Positions 59,693-64,000 of a DNA stretch of 64,000 bases are shown here, piece by piece; the stretch's first letter is position 1; each line of letters begins with the position of its first letter. Location of the stretch: NCBI GenBank assembly GCA_963703285.1, contig OY969807.1, positions 1,088,001 through 1,152,000 of the forward strand. The letters are read 5' to 3'. The notes below the pieces were generated by a model, which was given only the letters and a program-made list of their open reading frames with translations, was not told the origin of the DNA and made no database searches. The position numbers were made by a program, and so were the translations under genes. The stretch is from an uncultured Nitrososphaerota archaeon. GTDB taxonomy: Archaea; Thermoproteota; Nitrososphaeria; Nitrososphaerales; Gagatemarchaeaceae.

Positions 59693-60631
59693 ATGATGTC
59701 AGAGAGCCAGTATCGCCCCCTAGGTGCCTCACGAATAATGGTCTCTCCCCTCGGCACCGGGACCAACAGGTGGGCCCAAGGAAAGAACGACGAGGCCGTT
59801 TTCCAGACCTTTCGATCCCTTGTTGATGCCGGGGTGAACTTCTTTGACACGGCTGAGGTCTACAGCATGGGAAAATCCGAGCGCCTCCTGGGCGCCTGTC
59901 TCCAGCGGGACCCCCGACCGGTGGTGATCGCCAGCAAGTTTGCGCCGTACCCCACACGCCTCTTCCGCCGTCAGTTCATGCGCGCCCTGGACGCCAGCCT
60001 GATGCGTCTGGGCAGGCAGACGGTCGACCTGTACTACATCCACTTCCCCAATACTCTGCTAAGCATCGAAACCCTGATGGACCTGATGGCGAAAGCAGTC
60101 GCGGCGGGCAAGGTCCGTGCGGTGGGCGTAAGCAACTTCAGCGCCGAGCAGATGCGCAGGGCCGCGACCCGCCTCGAGCGGTACGGCATCCCTCTGGCCG
60201 CGAACCAGGTTAGGTACAACCTGCTACATCGCCAGCCGGAAGAGGATGGTGTTCTGGCTGCCTGTCGGGAACTCAACGTCGCCCTTGTGGCCTATCGTCC
60301 GCTGGAGAGGGGACGACTCAGGTCGGACATCATCCCAGGAGCGGCGTCCGATTCGCTCTCCGCGGTAAGTAACAAGGGCAAGGCAGTTGCAAAAGAAGAG
60401 GCTATCCAAGAGACGCTCCACGCGATTGCGGAGCAGCGCGGAAAGAGCGTCAGTCAGGTCGCCCTGAACTGGCTCCTGCGCAGAGACGAACACGTGATAC
60501 CCATTCCGGGCACCACAAATGCGCGTCACGCGCTAGAGATTGTCGATACTCTCAAATGGCAACTCAGCGAGGACGAGTTTGCAGCCATCGACCATGTTTC
60601 CTCGCCGGCCCCGGGCATCTCGGCCTCCTGA
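59693..60631 (+). CDS. Aldo/keto reductase
   Basis: FDTAEVY, DLYYIH, GVSNF and IPIPG motifs. Confidence 0.95.
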   Translation: MMSESQYRPLGASRIMVSPLGTGTNRWAQGKNDEAVFQTFRSLVDAGVNFFDTAEVYSMGKSERLLGACLQRDPRPVVIASKFAPYPTRLFRRQFMRALDASLMRLGRQTVDLYYIHFPNTLLSIETLMDLMAKAVAAGKVRAVGVSNFSAEQMRRAATRLERYGIPLAANQVRYNLLHRQPEEDGVLAACRELNVALVAYRPLERGRLRSDIIPGAASDSLSAVSNKGKAVAKEEAIQETLHAIAEQRGKSVSQVALNWLLRRDEHVIPIPGTTNARHALEIVDTLKWQLSEDEFAAIDHVSSPAPGISAS

Positions 60632-60634
60632 AAA

Positions 60635-60720
60635 GGCACCCGCGGCGCGGCGGCCACGTAGCCGGCTGCTGCTTCGCTCTGGGCGAGGACGGCGAAGAGG
60701 TCCACATCCAGCGGATCACT
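60635..60720 (+). repeat. tes 3'-end repeat, copy 3 (longest, with indels)
   Basis: GGCACC..CGCGGCGGCCACGTAGCCGGCTGC..CTGGGCGAGGACGGCGAAGAGGTCCACATCCAG (RGGHVAGC..LGEDGEEVHIQ). Confidence 0.85.
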
Positions 60721-60777
60721 TGATGGTGCCCCTAGACACTGACGAAATTCATATATGCGAGATGCGATAGTTACGAA

Positions 60778-61479
60778 GTGATGGGCCTGGGCAGCGGTAA
60801 CAACGCGGTTCTCGTCAGCGGTTGTAAGAGTCTGCAGAACCTGACTGTGGACCTGTGGGTAACGGAGGACTTGGTCACGCTCGGGAACAACGGATTCTCG
60901 CTCCAATTGAACTGCTATCCGCAGACCAACCCCCAATCTACCCATGAGGGCACGCCGCTGAATTGGATTCAGTACGTCATCGCGGTAGTAAACGACTCGC
61001 TGGAGTGGGGGATCCAGTACTGGTCCCAGCCAAAGGGTTTCGGTTACAGCCCTAGTCCAAATTACGTCTCATTCGGCTCTGCCCCATCGAACCAAGTGCT
61101 CGCAGGCTCGGTGATGAGGATAGCGCTCATCACTGATTCCGGTGACAATGTGACACATGCGACATTCAGCGTTACCGATCCCAAGGGCAAAGTTTCCAGC
61201 CACACGTTCGCGTTCCCGTCTAACGCCTTGTCTGCGATCTATGGCTTCCAGGTCGATCTCGTAGGACCGCCCAGCGGCACCCACAGCTGCAACTTCACGT
61301 CGGGAGCGGGGACCCTGACCTACGCGGTGGGTCCCTCAGGGACGCTTGCGGTACAGACCACCAACACGTGCGGCGGCAGTCAGCCCGGCACGGCCGAGAC
61401 GTCCAATTCCAAGTACGGCACTGTCAATACAGTCGTCATTATAGTTCTAACCATACTGATTCAATCCGTATCAGTCTAA
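60778..61479 (+). CDS. Ser/Thr/Gly-rich beta protein with a thermopsin-like SLQLN motif
   Basis: GFSLQLNCYP..WIQY; hydrophobic C-terminus. Confidence 0.55.
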   Translation: MMGLGSGNNAVLVSGCKSLQNLTVDLWVTEDLVTLGNNGFSLQLNCYPQTNPQSTHEGTPLNWIQYVIAVVNDSLEWGIQYWSQPKGFGYSPSPNYVSFGSAPSNQVLAGSVMRIALITDSGDNVTHATFSVTDPKGKVSSHTFAFPSNALSAIYGFQVDLVGPPSGTHSCNFTSGAGTLTYAVGPSGTLAVQTTNTCGGSQPGTAETSNSKYGTVNTVVIIVLTILIQSVSV

Positions 61480-61945
61480 TCCCAGCCCAGAGGCTGAACG
61501 ACACCCGCGCGCCATCCACGAATCAAAATTACACAAAGCGTGTTCTATGCGCGATACCGTCAAGATAAGAGAGTGATTATGGCTAGGAGGACGCCCTTCG
61601 CATTCATTTGATGCTCCTCTTTCCTTTGTCCGTCAGCATCCACTGATTCTGCCTTCCGACCCTTTTGCCCTTGACAAGACCCTCTGAGACTAATTCGTAC
61701 AAATGAAGCTGGGCCGTGTTCCAGCTCTAAGGGATCGCCTTGGCACTCATCTCCGTCTCTATTGGCCAGGCTTCCGTCAGCAAGTAGGCGACTACCTATC
61801 GAATTTGTAAGCTCATTTTCTGTGGTTCTGTTTCGGTAAAGGAGGAAAAGGCACACACTTGGCATGATGTGATTGTGCTCTCGGCGAGAACGCCGAGGAA
61901 ATCCATATCAAAGCGATGGCTGGCACTTGAGCCCGGGCGTGGCTA

Positions 61946-62380
61946 TTGCGGCCTAAGGTTCAGGTAGTTTTCGACTCCAAGGATCCCGAGCGTTTAGCTT
62001 CCTTCTATGCCAGGGCCCTAGGCTACAAGCTGCAGGAGCCACCCAAGCCCTACGCGTCCTGGGACGAAGCTCAGAAGGACTGGGGCATCCCCGAAGAAGA
62101 CTGGCACGACTGGGCGGCGATAGTCGACCCCGACGGGACGGGCCCTCGCATCTACTTCCAGAAGATGGACACCCTGAAGACCGCAAAGAACCGGCTCCAC
62201 ATCGACGTGAACGCGAGCGAAGGGCACACCGCCTCTCCCGAGAAGCGCAAGGAGCAGGTCGGGGCCAGGGTGGACTACCTGAAGTCGCTCGGCGCGAGCC
62301 GACAGGGCGAATTCGACGAGAACGGTGACTACTGGGTCGTCATGCTCGACCCCGAAGGCAACGAGTTCTGCGTCCAATAG
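61946..62380 (+). CDS. VOC family protein (Glyoxalase_6)
   Basis: FD..DP..LA.F...LGY; KNRLH.D; DPEGNEFC. Confidence 0.92.
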   Translation: MRPKVQVVFDSKDPERLASFYARALGYKLQEPPKPYASWDEAQKDWGIPEEDWHDWAAIVDPDGTGPRIYFQKMDTLKTAKNRLHIDVNASEGHTASPEKRKEQVGARVDYLKSLGASRQGEFDENGDYWVVMLDPEGNEFCVQ

Positions 62381-62408
62381 GTCTGGCCCGCGTTGCCGTC
62401 TGCGAATC

Positions 62409-62468
62409 GGCTGCGGGCTTCCCTAGAACGGCGAAGAGATACACATCCAGCCCATCACCGGGAGCTAG
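62409..62468 (+). repeat. tes 3'-end repeat, copy 4 (right boundary of the island)
   Basis: CTAGAACGGCGAAGAGATACACATCCAGCCCATCACCGGGAGCTAG (NGEEIHIQPITGS*). Confidence 0.85.
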
Positions 62469-62791
62469 GCTGCAACATATTCCGCTGACAAATTCTGCTG
62501 ATCCCCGCTGATCGTCTTCTCACGAACTAACTTTTACAGACCTTGAGGGCCGCGCGCTTTGCGGGAGTCAGGGGCCGTCTGGATGGCTATCTTGCCCCCT
62601 CAAGACCGGCCCTTGCCTGAACACTCGATGTGAGCGTAAAGGGATTACGGCGGTTGTTCCTTACCCCGTCGGGAAGCCAGACAGCGGAGGCTTCTGTGGT
62701 GGAGGAACTGGCTTCGTTCGGGAGATACGTCGAAGGGTTGCCTCGCTCGGGAAGTTCCAAGCTTAATTATCAGGGGCACGCAGTGATTCTG

Positions 62792-63886
62792 TTGAACCCC
62801 AAGTCAAGAAGAGCGGGCACAAAGTCGTCGGTCGCCGGCCTCCACGAGGAGGTGGCGAGGAAGGTGATTTCTGATTCCCTTCACCTGAAGAAGGGAGAGT
62901 CGGTGACGGTCGAGACCTGGAACAACGGGTTGCCGATGGCCCTTAGGTTTGTGGGCGAGGCGAGAAAAACCGGGGCCATCCCGCTCATGCTGTTCGAGGA
63001 CGAAGACACCTATGTCTTCGGCGTGAAGAACGCTCCGAAGGAAGGCCGCGGGAAGATGGGAAAGCACGAGCACGGACTCCTCGCAGCCTCGGACGCGTAC
63101 TTCTTCATCCCCAATGAGCTCCTCGAAGGATACACGAGGAGGATTACTCCGGACGAGGTCGAAGAGGCGACGGCCTACGGCGACTCGTGGTACGAGGCTG
63201 CTCAGAAGGCCGGGCTCAGGGGGGCGAGGATGAGCTTCGGCTTCGCGGGGAAGGAGCTCGCGAGGCTGCTGGGCAAGTCCCTCGAGGAGATAGAGGTCCA
63301 TCAGCTCAAGGCTGCACTAGTCGACTTTGGCTCGATCAGAAGGGCAGGGAACGGGCTGGCATCGCGTCTCCCGGACAGCGGTTCCGGCTCCCTCACCTCA
63401 CCCGGTGGTTCGCACCTGAGGTTCGAGTTTGAGCGTGGCGTGCACCTCGAGGACGGCATCGTCGATGCGAAGGACGTCGCAACGGGGCACAACATGACCT
63501 ACCTCCCACCCGGGTTTCTCAGGAAGAGCATCAGGCCGGAGTCGGTGAGCGGAAGTGTGAAGCTTTCGCCTTCGATTGGCTGGACCGGAATCATCGGTGA
63601 CGCGACGCTGGACTTTGAGAAGGGACGACTCGTCGGGTGGAAAAGCATTTCATCGAAGCGCATGCTGGACGAGGCCATCGAGGACCAGGTCGAGAGCGAA
63701 AGGATGGTCAACGCGTTGACCATCGGGCTCAACCCGCTGATGCGCTACGGCTACGGTCAGGACAGGTTTGTGGCCGGTTCCATAGGCGTCGCGGGATTGT
63801 CCTTCACTGGCATCGTGAGGAGCGGCACGCTCCGGGCGGGCCACTCGGTCGTCGTGAATAAAGGGCGACTGGCTCTTCCCTCCTAG
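62792..63886 (+). CDS. Aminopeptidase T-like (M29) protein, possibly degenerate
   Basis: L.LK.GE.V.V, G..P; LP.G; L.F..G; IG.NP. Canonical metal ligands are not obvious. Confidence 0.65.
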   Translation: MNPKSRRAGTKSSVAGLHEEVARKVISDSLHLKKGESVTVETWNNGLPMALRFVGEARKTGAIPLMLFEDEDTYVFGVKNAPKEGRGKMGKHEHGLLAASDAYFFIPNELLEGYTRRITPDEVEEATAYGDSWYEAAQKAGLRGARMSFGFAGKELARLLGKSLEEIEVHQLKAALVDFGSIRRAGNGLASRLPDSGSGSLTSPGGSHLRFEFERGVHLEDGIVDAKDVATGHNMTYLPPGFLRKSIRPESVSGSVKLSPSIGWTGIIGDATLDFEKGRLVGWKSISSKRMLDEAIEDQVESERMVNALTIGLNPLMRYGYGQDRFVAGSIGVAGLSFTGIVRSGTLRAGHSVVVNKGRLALPS

Positions 63887-64000
63887 CTCTGCGCTTCATG
63901 CTGAAGCAGGGCGCACCCTCATTTTTTACCGGCCCAAGAACATTGCAAGGCATGCCCCCGGAGGACGGGGCCCGGATTGAGGCCAAATTGAGGAAAATCG

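Larger units (their letters stand above)
39006..62468. mobile_element. Defence-rich genomic island array inserted at the tes 3' end
   Basis: Bounded by tes 3'-end direct repeats; visibly lower GC over much of its length; defence cargo; no integrase seen. Confidence 0.75.

Noticed and set aside
61485-61498. 14-nt match to internal tes sequence 37956-37969
   Set aside because: Short, does not extend, and is plausible by chance.
61560-61865. 101-aa minus-strand ORF
   Set aside because: No motif and non-coding-like composition; possibly a decayed remnant.
1-64000. CRISPR array, cas genes, integrase or transposase
   Set aside because: No regularly spaced repeats and no recognisable Cas, tyrosine/serine recombinase or DDE motifs were seen.

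Overview
High-GC archaeal chromosomal segment. aIF-1A, tetraether synthase (tes), arcadin-1, TrmB regulators, TATA-led leaderless genes and a BHB-intron tRNA suggest Nitrososphaerota/TACK, though the taxonomy is inferred. Positions 1-39005 are mostly core or accessory metabolism: a menA-like prenyltransferase, a DEAD helicase/aIF-1A cluster, queD-queC-folE2, tRNA-Gly(CCC) with two introns, cysteine synthase, an XdhC/TusA/YjeF-like/DUF3343 plus DsrEHF sulfur-relay cluster, and tes. A ~23.5 kb defence-rich island follows the tes stop codon (39006-62468). It has no visible integrase but contains three additional diverged copies of the tes 3' end, each just after a cargo gene. Its core is a Dam methylase, a stand-alone winged-helix protein and a complete PbeABCD-like module with no dnd genes, transcribed divergently from a GmrSD/SspE-like (DUF262-DUF1524) nuclease. 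It also carries ApeA-like HEPN, CHAT, HNH, exonuclease and PD-(D/E)XK genes. Several genes have 1-nt frameshifts at homopolymers, which may be assembly errors. All family calls come from motif recognition by eye; no database searches were run.
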